64,000 nucleotides of DNA from an uncultured Acidobacteriota bacterium. Lineage in GTDB: Bacteria > Acidobacteriota > Polarisedimenticolia > J045. How positions within the stretch are numbered: position 1 is the first letter of the stretch; each line of letters begins with the position of its first letter. Position numbers and translations under genes: made by a program. Below the pieces are notes generated by a model. That model was not told the DNA's origin, did not search any database, and saw nothing but the letters and a program-made list of their open reading frames with translations. The stretch is taken from positions 52,073-116,072 of the forward strand of contig CAVPCQ010000016.1 in the NCBI GenBank assembly GCA_963702425.1. The letters run 5' to 3'. Below, in pieces: positions 48,957-58,753 of this stretch.

Positions 48957-49113
48957 GGGCCGGCCTCTGTGCCGGCCCGAAACGGGCCACGCGTTGGCCG
49001 GGCCGGCACAGAGGCCGGCCCCTACGGCGCCACGCGGAACGCGGTCGAGGCGAGCCGGGCCGGCACGGAGGCCGGCCCCTACGGCGCCACGCGGAACGCG
49101 GTCGAGGCGAGCA
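48953..49113. repeat. REP cluster: one GTAG-form copy (48953-48978), then two opposite-orientation copies (49000-49025, 49057-49082) within a 57-nt tandem duplication
   Basis: GTAGGGGCCGGCCTCTGTGCCGGCCC ... GGGCCGGCACAGAGGCCGGCCCCTAC+31 nt ... GGGCCGGCACGGAGGCCGGCCCCTAC+31 nt (31-mers identical except for the last base). Confidence 0.9.
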
Positions 49114-51211
49114 GCCCCGGCGGGCGCGCGGCGGCGGGCGCTCCGGCCGTGCCGATCGACCCGGCCACCAACTCCGGATCCGCTGCCGTGTCGACGACGG
49201 CGAAGGTGTAGTGCCCCTCCGTCAGCGTGAACTCCGGGATCGTCAATCGCGCCTGCGTGCAGAAGGTCCCCGGGCCGTCCGGCTCGGCCAGCGCCAGCGC
49301 CGACTCGGGCATCGGCTGGACCGAGCGGGCCCCGTCGGGCGCGGTCGAGATCAGCAGGTGACGGACCTTCCGGCGCGCCTCGGCGCGATCCGGCCCGCAC
49401 AGGACGTAGCTCAGGGACACGCGGTCGCCCCCGTCGGCCGGTCGCCCCTCGGTCACGACGCGGAACGACCCGCGCCCGCTCTCGCGCTTCGCCGCGGTCA
49501 TGCCGGGCCGCCACACCAGATCGAGCCCCGACGCGGCCTCGACCCGCGCCGCCATCGCCGTCCACTCGTCGCGGCCCCCCTTGCGGAACACGACCGTACT
49601 CCGACCCGCGCCGGCGGCGTCGGCCTCGAGATCGGTGATCACGCCGCGCGCGACGTGGATGCCGTCCTTGCGGTAGGCGCAGGGCACCTCGATCGTGAAC
49701 CCGGCACGGGCCCTGGGCGAAGGCAGCTTCGGCAGCCGGAGCGCGACCTCGCCGAGCGTCTCGCCGCCGACCTGGCAGACCGGGTCGAGCCCCGCCCCGT
49801 TGTCGCGCTGCACCACGGCATCGACGAGCAGGCGCGCGCCGAAGGTCCCGTCGGAAGCGGGGATCCAGGTCAGCTCGGACAGCGGGACGCGGAAGCGGGC
49901 GAGCAGGACCTCCTTCCCCTGGATCGTCGACGGGTAGTCGAGCATCACGGACACCGGGGGACGAACGAAGTCGTCGGGCGCCAGGAGGGCGGCGACGCGC
50001 CGGTGGGTCAGGCGCTCGGCCCGGGCCTCGATCGCGACCTGCGAGGGGGCCATCACGCGCAGCCCCCAGAGGTCCTTGAAGCGCTCGGTGTCGAGCTTGA
50101 CCGCGAGAGAGTGGCGTCGCGTCGGACCGCCCGGCGGGACCGGCAGGCTGAAGAGGTAGTAGCACGAGAGCTGCTCGGCGGCGCCCGCGAGCGCCGCGCC
50201 GAGATCGGTGACGTTCCGGACGGCCCGGCCGCCGGAGTCGTTCGCCAGCGACGAGAGGATCTCCGAGTTTCCGCCCCCGCCGCTCAGCCCCTCGACGTCG
50301 ACGGTCCAGATCGCGAACCCCTGCTGCGCGAGGTCGAGCACCGGGCGCAGGGTGCGCTCGAGCTTCTCGGATTCGGCCCCGAGGAAGCGGAAGCGCGGCG
50401 AGGAGAAGAGCACCGCCGCCTTGCGGCCCGGGAGGTGGGTGTGAGCCTGCAGCATCCCCTCCAGCGCGGCCAGCGTCGCCTGCGGGGAGTAGAGCCCGGC
50501 GCCGGACGTCGGCGCCGCGCCGGAGGTGTTGAACTCGAAGCTCTCCGCCCGGAGAGCGGTCGCGGCGGGCATTCAGCCCGAGCAGCCGCCCTTGCCCGAG
50601 CCGGCCGCCGCGACGACCGAAAGATCGTCGCTCGCCAGCACGCCCGCGATCGCGGCCTGGCCGCCGTCCCCGCGGAAGGCGACCGCGCGGATCGCCGCCG
50701 CCGCCTCGCGCAGCCGCGCCGGATCGCGCGTGAAGCCGGCCGTCAGCTCGCGGACCTGGCGGGTCAGGGCGTAGACCTTGTAGACCTCCGGCCGCGCCGC
50801 GGCGCCCGCCGCGACGCCGTCGATCGCGTCCGCGACCTTCGCGCGGCCGCGCGCGTCGACGTAGTTGAAATCGACGATCACGAGGATCGGCCGCGGCATC
50901 CCGTCCCCGACCGCGTCGCAGATCGGGTCGAAGCGCAGCGCCGCGCGCTCTTCCGTCGTCAGCGGCTGGCCGTCGAGCCGGAAGTCGAACTGCTCGGCGG
51001 TCAGGCCGGGGACGGACCGGTAGCTGCCGGCCTTGGGATCGACGACCGAGACGTCGACCTGCACGAGGCGAGCCTCGGCGCGCTCGACGAGATCGGTCGC
51101 CGCGTCCGGAGACGGGGCCGCCGGCGCCTCGGCGGGGCCGGCCCACGCGGCGGGGCACCCCGCCAGGATCGACGCGACGACGAGACGCGAGAAGAACGGT
51201 GAAGGCCGCAC
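49079..51211 (-). CDS. VWA-like lipoprotein (acidobacterial VWFA-related domain architecture) with an in-frame UGA at 50573-50575; candidate selenoprotein
   Basis: ORFs 50573..51340 and 49079..50572 are contiguous and in the same frame. GTG 51211 gives the signal plus lipobox SRLVVASILAGC. The domain elements are split by the UGA (see finding). Confidence 0.6.
50540..50557 (-). promoter_or_regulatory. hairpin 15 nt downstream of the in-frame UGA (candidate SECIS)
   Basis: On the minus-strand RNA: GCUCUCC-GGGC-GGAGAGC, a perfect 7-bp stem with a G-rich tetraloop. Confidence 0.35.
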
Positions 51212-51397
51212 GGTCTCACCCCCCGGCGCAGTGCCGCTACACCGTTGGCAGGTTACGCGCCTCCGCGGCCTCCTGTCGAGTGGCATCGGGCTCGGGGACG
51301 CGGCCCCCCGCGGACCGGCTGCGAGCGCGTCCGCCCGCATCCGGGGTTCCCCCGGCGGTGCTTTCCCGGTACATTCCGGCAGCTCGGGGAGGTTCTC

Positions 51398-54300
51398 ATG
51401 AGGCCGATGTCCCGCCGTGCGGCGTGCGCCGCGTCCGTCCTGTTCGCCGTCCTGCTCGCGATCGTATCGGTTCCGCTCGCGTCGGCCGCCGGTTCAGCCG
51501 CGGCCCCGACCGGAGCCAAGCTGATGGGCGACCTGCCCGCGGTGCTCGACGCCGCGGGGCCGGGGGAGCGGATCCCGGTCTACTTCGTGCTCGCCGACCA
51601 GCTCGAGGGGGACGCGCTGCGCGCGCGGGTCGCCGCCCTCACCGCCGGGGCCGCGCCGCCGGCCGGCGCCGCGGGCAAGGCCGCGCGCCGCCAGGCCACC
51701 GTGAGCGCGCTGCGCGAGCACGCGACGCAGGCGCAGGCCGGGCTGCTGGCCGCGCTCCGCGCGCTCGAAGCGCAGGGCGCCGCCGCGCGCGTCCGCCCGC
51801 TCTGGATCGGCAACGTCGTCGGCGCCGACCTGGCGCCGGACGCGGTCCGCGCGCTCGCGGCGCGGCCGGAGGTCGTGCGCGTCAACTGGAATCCCAAGCG
51901 CGACGTCTTCCTCGGCGCGCGCGCGAGTGCCGGACCGAGCGCCGCGCCGGCCGGCTGGCGCGCCCGCTACGGCCTGTCGCCGCTGGCGCCGGCCGGGACC
52001 GACGGCCCGGGCATCGACGCCCTCGAGTGCGGCGTCGTCAAGATGCGCGCACCCGAGGTCTGGAACGAGCTGGGCAACACCGGGGCCGGGGCCGTGATCG
52101 CGGTGATCGACACCGGCGTCTGCTGGACCCACCCCGACATCGCGAACCAGATCTGGGTCAACCCGGGCGAGGACCTCAATCACAACGGCGTCGTGATGGA
52201 CGCTGCCGACATGAACGGCGTCGACAACGACGGCAACGGCTTCATCGACGACCTGATCGGCTGGAACTTCGACCTCAACACCAACCAGCCGACCGACGAG
52301 AACTCGCACGGCTCGCACTGCGCGGGGACGGTGGCGGGGGACGGGACGGGCGGGAGCCAGTCCGGGATGGCGCCGGACGCGAAGATCATGGCGGTGCGGG
52401 TCGGGGTCAACTTCTCGGACGAGGTCGACGTCTGGAACGCGATGCAGTACGCGGCGGCCAACGGCGCCGACGCGATCTCGATGAGCCTGGGCTGGCCGCA
52501 CGGCCAGAACCCGGACCGGCCGACCTGGCGCACGAACTGCGAGAACACGATCAACGCCGGGACGGCGATGGTGATCGCGGCCGGCAACGAAGGCCAGGGC
52601 GCGGAGCCGGACAACGTCCGGACGCCGGGCGACGTGCCGCGGGTGATCACGGTCGGGGCGACCGACTGCAGCGACGTCGCGGCGGGGTTCTCGTCGCGCG
52701 GGCCGGTGACCTGGCAGGGGATCGCGCCGTGGAACGACTGGCCCTGGCCCCCGGGGCTGGTCAAGCCGGACATCTCGGCGCCGGGCGTGGACACACTGAG
52801 CCACGACGTCTGCTCGGGTTACTCGTACAAGTCGGGAACGTCGATGGCGACGCCGCACGTCGCCGGCGCGGTCGCGCTGATCGTGGCGGCCAACCCCGGG
52901 CTCGAGCACGACGACATCAAGGCGCTCTTGGAAGAGACCTCCGTCGACCTCGGCGAGCCGGGCAAGGACAACACCTACGGCACCGGGCGCGTCGACGTCT
53001 ACGAGGCGGTGCTGCTCTCCGGCTCGCGCGACGGGCGGATTGCGGTCAAGGAGCAAGCGGTGCGGTGCGGCGGGTCGCTCAACGTCACCGTCTCGGACAC
53101 CGATCTCAAGAACTTCGGGACGATCCAGGTCACGGCCGTCTCGACGACGGAGACCGCACCCGAGAGCATCACGCTGACCGAAACCAATCCCGGCAGCGGC
53201 GCCTTCAAGGGCGTGGTCCCGATCGGCGGCGGCGCGCCGCAGGCCGACGGCGTGGTCCAGGCCGCCGACGGCGACACCGTGACCGTGACCTACGTCGACG
53301 CCGACAACGGCGCCGGCGGCCTCAACGTCCCCAAGTCCGACAGCGCCCCGGTCGACTGCAGCACGCCGCGGATCTCGGGCGTCAGCGCCGAGCCGACGAT
53401 GACCTACGGCGCGATCATCCGCTGGACCACCGACGAGGCGTCCGACAGCCTGGTCGACTACGGCAAGCAGATCCCGCCCGACCGCAGCACCCTCAACGGC
53501 GCCCCGACGACGCAGCACCAGGTGACGCTGACCGGGCTCGAGCAGTGCACGATCTACCGCTACCGGGTCAGCTCGACCGACCGGGTCGGCAACAAGGCGA
53601 CCGACGACAACGGCGGCGCCTACTACTACTTCGAGGTGATGGGCGACTTCGGCCAGGGGCCGCAGTCGTGCCACGCCGGCAAGACGACGCTCGACCGGGC
53701 GGTCTACTCCTGCGCCGACACGGCCACGCTCGAGGTCTCGGACATGGACCTCAACCTCGATCCCGGCGCGATCGACGGCGGCGATGCTGCTGGTCACGAG
53801 CACCACCGAGCCGGCGGGCGAATGGATCGCGGTGACGGAGACCGGCGCCAACAGCTCGCGCTTCCGCGGAACCGTCGCGACTGCCGGCGGGGCGCCCGCG
53901 CCCGACGGCCGGCTCCAGCTCGCCGAAGGCGACACCCTGACGGTCAGCTACCACGACGCCGACGACGGCGTCGGCAACCCCCGCTGGACGCTATGCGACC
54001 GCGATCGCCGACTGCGCCGGCCCCCGCATCTCGGACCTTCGGATCGACACCATCACCGACGCGCGCGCGACGGTCCGCTTCACGACGGACGAGCCGGCGA
54101 GCGCGGTCGTCGAGTGGGGCACGACGCCGGCGCTGGGTCAGACCACGTCCCGCGCGTCGCTCCAGACGGCGCACGACGATGCTGCTCAACGACTTCAGCT
54201 CGTGCCAGCGCGCCTACGTCCGCGTGCGCGTCACCGACGAGCACGGCTACGAGACCGTGGCCGACAACCTCGGAACGCCGCACGCCTTCAGCCTCGGCCT

Positions 54301-55443
54301 GATCCCGGGCCTCTACTGGAAGGAGAGCTTCGAGGGCTCGACCGCGGGCTGGACGCTGGGCGGCGAGTGGCAGGTCGGCGCGCCGCAGGGCGAAGGGCGG
54401 ATCGGGCGGCAGTCTCCCCGACCCGACCAGGGCGTACAACAACGGCAAGGTGCTGGGACACGACCTGACAGGCCTCGGCGGCAACCCGGGGGCCTACGAG
54501 CCGAGCCGCACCGAGAAGGCGCGCTCCCCGAACCAGAATGCGACGACCTGGCACAACACCAGGCTGCTGCTCTACCGCCAGCTCAACGCCGGCGACGGCG
54601 ACGAGGCCTCGCTCTGGCTGTACGCGGGCCCGGGCCTCCCGCTGTTCCGCAGCACCGGCGCGGTGATCGAGGGCGACTGGTCGCTCCAGACCTTCGACAT
54701 CGCGTCGCAGGTGGACGGGAAGCCGGTCGTCTCGCTCGAGTTCAGCCAGAGGTCGGACGCGTCGGGCCAGTTCTCCGGCTGGAACGTCGACGAGATCGTC
54801 TTCAAGGACGGCACCAAGCCCGACTACGGACCCTGCGGCGGATGCAGCGGGGCGCCCACGTTCAGCGGGGCGGTCTCGGCGCTGGACAACAACGCCTGCG
54901 GCGCCGGTGGGGTGACGGTCAGCTGGACTGCGGCCCCGGCCTGGGGTACCGGCAGTGCCGGGACCTACGCCGTCTACCGCGACACGACACCCGTCTTCAC
55001 GCCGTCCGCCGCCAACCGCGTCGCCGCCGGCCTGGGCGGCCTCTCGTTCAACGACGCCGCGGCCCCGAACGGCGCGCTCTACTACCTCGTGCGCGCGGAG
55101 AACGACGAGACCTGCTCCTCCGGCCCGAACAACGGGGGGCTCACGGACGCCAACGCGCACACCGTGCCGGTGACGAACACGGCGACCCGCCCGCTGCCGG
55201 GCGCGATCGGATCGCTCGCGGTCTCGGTCGTCGGGGGCAGCCACCTGCGGCTCTCCTGGAGCGCGCCAGCCGACGCCAGCGGCTACCGCATCTACCGCTC
55301 GACCTCGCCGCTCCCTGCGTCGTTCGCAGGCGGTCGGCGACACGGCGGGGCTGACCTGGGACGACACCGGCCGCGCGGCCGATGCGTCGACCTACTTCTA
55401 CCTGGTCCGCGGGACCAACCCCTGCGGGCAGGAGGGGCCCTGA
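51398..55443 (+). pseudogene. subtilisin-like S8 serine protease head on the shared stalk (protease C); five +1 frameshifts in the stalk in the sequence as given
   Basis: SD GGGGAGG, signal peptide, and the S8 triad contexts VIAVIDTGV, HGSHCAGTVAG, SGTSMATPHVAGAVAL. The stalk is collinear with A and B only if the frame is advanced by one at about 53777, 53978-53982, 54178, 54395 and 55329. Length minus 5 nt is divisible by 3. Ends TYFYLVRGTNPCGQEGP. Confidence 0.75.
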
Positions 55444-55466
55444 TCGCGGGACGGGGCCTGATTCTG

Positions 55467-55540
55467 GTAGGGGCCGGCCTCTGTGCCGGCCCGCCCGTCG
55501 CCGACCGGCATTGCGGGCCGGCACAGAGGCCGGCCCCTAC
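55467..55540. repeat. inverted REP doublet
   Basis: GTAGGGGCCGGCCTCTGTGCCGGCCC (55467-55492), a 22-nt spacer, then GGGCCGGCACAGAGGCCGGCCCCTAC (55515-55540). Confidence 0.9.
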
Positions 55541-55573
55541 CGTCGGCGGCGGGCGCGAGGGACAATCCCCGCC

Positions 55574-57739
55574 GTGCGCGCCGCCGCCCTGCTCCTGCTC
55601 GCCGCCGCCGGCCTGGCCGGGGCCGCCGTCGCCGCGCCCCCCGCCGCGCCCCCGAACCCGCCCGCCGCCGCGACCCCCCGCCCCAGCCTCCTGCTCGTCA
55701 CCTTCGACACGACCCGCGCCGATCGCATCGGCTGCTACGGCGCGAAGGACGCCGCCACCCCGGCGCTCGACGGCCTGGCCCGGCGCGGCGTGCGCTTCGC
55801 CGAGGCGCTCTCCCCTGCCCCGCTGACCCTCCCCGCCCACGCCTCGATCCTGACCGGCCGGTCCCCGCGCGAGCACGGCGCGCGCGACAACGAGGGCTAC
55901 CGGCTGGCCGAGGCGCAGGTCACGCTGGCCGAGCGGCTGCAGGCGGCGGGCTACACGACGGCGGCCTTCGTCGGCGCGGCGGTGCTCGATCGCATCACCG
56001 GCATCGGGCAGGGGTTCGCGACCTTCGACGACCAGGTGCGCGTCGGGCCCGAGCGCTGGTTCGCCTGGCAGGAACGCGCGGCCCAGCAGGTGGTCGACGC
56101 GGTCGACGCGCGGCTGGCCGGGCTGAAGCCGCCCTTCTTCCTGTGGGTCCACTTCTACGACCCGCACCTGCCCTACGTTCCCCCCGAGCCCTGGGCGGCG
56201 CGCTTCGCGAAGAGCCCCTACGACGGCGAGATCGCCTACGCCGACGCGCAGCTCGCGCGGCTGCTGGCGCGGCTGGCGGCGCGCGGGCTCGACCGCAGCC
56301 TCGTCGTCGCCGTCGCCGGCGATCACGGCGAGAGCCTGGGCGAGCACGGCGAGCCGGCGCACGACGTCTTCGTCTACCAGGCGACGCAGCGCGTGCCGCT
56401 GATCCTCGCCGGGCCGGGGGTCGCGGCCGGGCGCGTCGTCGAACAGCGGGTCGGACTGGTCGATCTGGCGCCGACGCTGGCCGAGCTGCTGGGCGTTCCC
56501 TTCCCGGAAGCGAGCGGGCGCTCGCAGGCCCCCTGGATCCGGCCGGCTCCCGCGCCGCCGAAGCCCGCCGAGCCGCGCCTTCTCGAGATCGAGAGCGTCT
56601 TCCCGGCGCGCGCCTACGGCTGGGCGCCGCTCTTCGGCGCCGTGCAGGGGAATCTCAAGTACATCGACGCCCCGCGGCCGGAGCTGTACGACCTGGCGCG
56701 CGACCCGCGGGAGTCGACGAACCTGCTCGACGGCGCGTCGCGCGACGCCGCCGCGCGCGACGCGATCGACCGCGGACGGGCGCTGGCCGCGCGGGTCCAC
56801 GAGCTGTTCGCGAAGGACGCTGCCGCCCTCGCTGCGGGGGACGCGCCGGCGGGCGAGGCCGTCGTCGATCCCGAGCAGCGCGAGCGGCTCGCCGCGCTCG
56901 GTTACGCGGGCGGCTCGGCGTCGCGGCCGGGCGACCCGCGGATCGATCCCAAGGACGGCATGACCTTCATCGGCGACCTCGACCGCGCCCGCGAGCGGCT
57001 GCAGCGGGGCGACCCGAAGGAGGCCGCCGCGCTCGCCGCCCGCGTGCTCGCGAGGAACCCGCAGAACCTCCCGGCGCGACTCGCGCTGGGCCAGGCGCAG
57101 CTCGCGTCGGGCGACGCGCGGGCCGCGCAGGCGACCTTCGAGCAGGCGATCGCCCGCGCGCCCGACGACCCGCTGCCGCGGCTGCAGCTCGGCAACGCGC
57201 TGCGCCGCCTGGGCGCGACCGATCCCGCCGCGGCCAAGGCCGCGGCCGAGAGCTACCGCGAAGCGCTCGCGCTGCAGCCGCGCCACGCCCCGACCGTCTA
57301 CGCGCTGGCCTCGCTGCTGGTCGAGCGCGGCGACCTCGCGGGCGCCTGCGCCGTGCTCGAGGATGCCGAGCGGCGCGGCGTCGCCGACGGCGCGCTCCTG
57401 ACGCTGCGCGGTGCGAGCGAGGCGGCGCGCGGCCGCGCCGAGGCCGCCGACGCCGCCTTCGCGCGCGCGCTGGCGCTCGACCCGTCGGCGGCGCAGGCGC
57501 TGGAAGCGCGCGGCAAGCTGGCGTACGCACGCGGCGACGCGGCGGCGGCGGCGGGGTTCTACCGGCAGGCCCTGGCCGTCGAGCCGTCGGCCGCGCTGGC
57601 GCGCACGCTCGGCGCGATCCTCTGGTTCGACCTGAAGGACGCCGCCGGTGCGCGGGCCGCCCTGCAGCAGGCGCTCGTGCTGGAACCGGCCGGCCCGGAC
57701 GCGGACGAGGTCCGCGCCCTCCTGGCGGAGATCCGCTGA
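55574..57739 (+). CDS. sulfatase-like (alkaline-phosphatase superfamily) hydrolase fused to C-terminal TPR repeats
   Basis: GTG start and signal peptide. LLLVTFDTTRADRIGCYG, HFYDPHLPY, VAGDHGESLGEHGE, then TPR-like Ala-rich repeats. Confidence 0.75.
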   Translation: MRAAALLLLAAAGLAGAAVAAPPAAPPNPPAAATPRPSLLLVTFDTTRADRIGCYGAKDAATPALDGLARRGVRFAEALSPAPLTLPAHASILTGRSPREHGARDNEGYRLAEAQVTLAERLQAAGYTTAAFVGAAVLDRITGIGQGFATFDDQVRVGPERWFAWQERAAQQVVDAVDARLAGLKPPFFLWVHFYDPHLPYVPPEPWAARFAKSPYDGEIAYADAQLARLLARLAARGLDRSLVVAVAGDHGESLGEHGEPAHDVFVYQATQRVPLILAGPGVAAGRVVEQRVGLVDLAPTLAELLGVPFPEASGRSQAPWIRPAPAPPKPAEPRLLEIESVFPARAYGWAPLFGAVQGNLKYIDAPRPELYDLARDPRESTNLLDGASRDAAARDAIDRGRALAARVHELFAKDAAALAAGDAPAGEAVVDPEQRERLAALGYAGGSASRPGDPRIDPKDGMTFIGDLDRARERLQRGDPKEAAALAARVLARNPQNLPARLALGQAQLASGDARAAQATFEQAIARAPDDPLPRLQLGNALRRLGATDPAAAKAAAESYREALALQPRHAPTVYALASLLVERGDLAGACAVLEDAERRGVADGALLTLRGASEAARGRAEAADAAFARALALDPSAAQALEARGKLAYARGDAAAAAGFYRQALAVEPSAALARTLGAILWFDLKDAAGARAALQQALVLEPAGPDADEVRALLAEIR

Positions 57740-58704
57740 TGGAAGTCCTCGAGCTGGCGCGCACCAACCTGCTCTCGCCGATCGTGCTGGCGTTCGTGCT
57801 GGGCGTGATCGCGACGCTGGTGAAGAGCGACCTCGAGATTCCCGAGCCGCTGGTGCAGGGGCTGTCGATCTACCTGCTGCTGGCGATCGGGATCAAGGGC
57901 GGCGCGGCCCTGTCCGAGGCCAGCCTGGCCCAGCTCGCCGGGCCGGCGCTCGCGACGATTCTGCTCGGCGTCGCGATCCCGGTCGTCTGCTACGCCGTCC
58001 TGCGCCGGGTCGGGAAGTTCGCGGCCGCCGACGCGGGAGCGGTCGCGGCGGCGTTCGGCTCGGTCTCGGTCGTGACCTTCATCGCCGCCAACACGCTCGG
58101 CCAGCTGCGCGGCACGCCGCCGGAGGGGTTCATGCCGGCGCTGGTCGCGATGCTGGAGGTCCCCGGCATCCTCGTCGCGCTCGGCCTGGCGGCCAGCGCG
58201 GAGCATCGCAAGGAGCCCTGGGGCGCGGTGCTGCGCGAGACGCTCTTCGGCCAGAGCATCGTCTGCCTGCTCGGCGGGCTCGTGATCGGCTGGGTCACCG
58301 GCAAGCCGGGGCTCGACGAGGTCGCCGGCTTCTTCGTCACGCCGTTCAAGGGGGCGCTGGTGCTCTTCCTGCTCGAGCTGGGGATGGTGGCGGCCAAGCG
58401 GCTGCGCGACCTGCGTGCCGCCGGCCCGTTCCTGGTCGGCTTCGGGCTGGTGGCCGCCCCGGTCTTCGGGATCGCGGGCGTCTTCGCCGGCCAGCTCTCC
58501 GGGCTCTCGCCGGCGGGCGCGGCGGTGATGGGGGCGATGGCCGGCTCGGCCTCGTACATCGCCGCCCCGGCCGCGGTCCGCGCCGGCCTGCCCGACGCCA
58601 ATCCGGCCTACTACCTGCCGCTGGCGCTCGGCGTCGTCTTCCCGTTCAACCTGACGATCGGGATCCCGCTCTACTACGAGCTCGCGAAACTAACGGCGCG
58701 GTAA
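57739..58704 (+). CDS. SbtA-family (sodium-dependent bicarbonate transporter-like) permease
   Basis: NLLSPIVLAFVLGVIATLVKSDLEIPEPLVQGLSIYLLLAIGIKGGAAL and a polytopic remainder. The ATG overlaps the upstream TGA by 1 nt. Confidence 0.65.
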   Translation: MEVLELARTNLLSPIVLAFVLGVIATLVKSDLEIPEPLVQGLSIYLLLAIGIKGGAALSEASLAQLAGPALATILLGVAIPVVCYAVLRRVGKFAAADAGAVAAAFGSVSVVTFIAANTLGQLRGTPPEGFMPALVAMLEVPGILVALGLAASAEHRKEPWGAVLRETLFGQSIVCLLGGLVIGWVTGKPGLDEVAGFFVTPFKGALVLFLLELGMVAAKRLRDLRAAGPFLVGFGLVAAPVFGIAGVFAGQLSGLSPAGAAVMGAMAGSASYIAAPAAVRAGLPDANPAYYLPLALGVVFPFNLTIGIPLYYELAKLTAR

Positions 58705-58753
58705 GCGTATCAGGCCGCCCCATGGCGTCTCTCCTGGGCAAAGGAGAGACACC

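Noticed and set aside
37355-55574. The idea that the secreted-protease block is a genomic island integrated at the tRNA-Arg 3' end.
   Set aside because: I found no integrase and no direct repeat of the tRNA 3' end downstream of the tRNA. The only partial copy lies upstream at 31773. The claim cannot be supported from this window.
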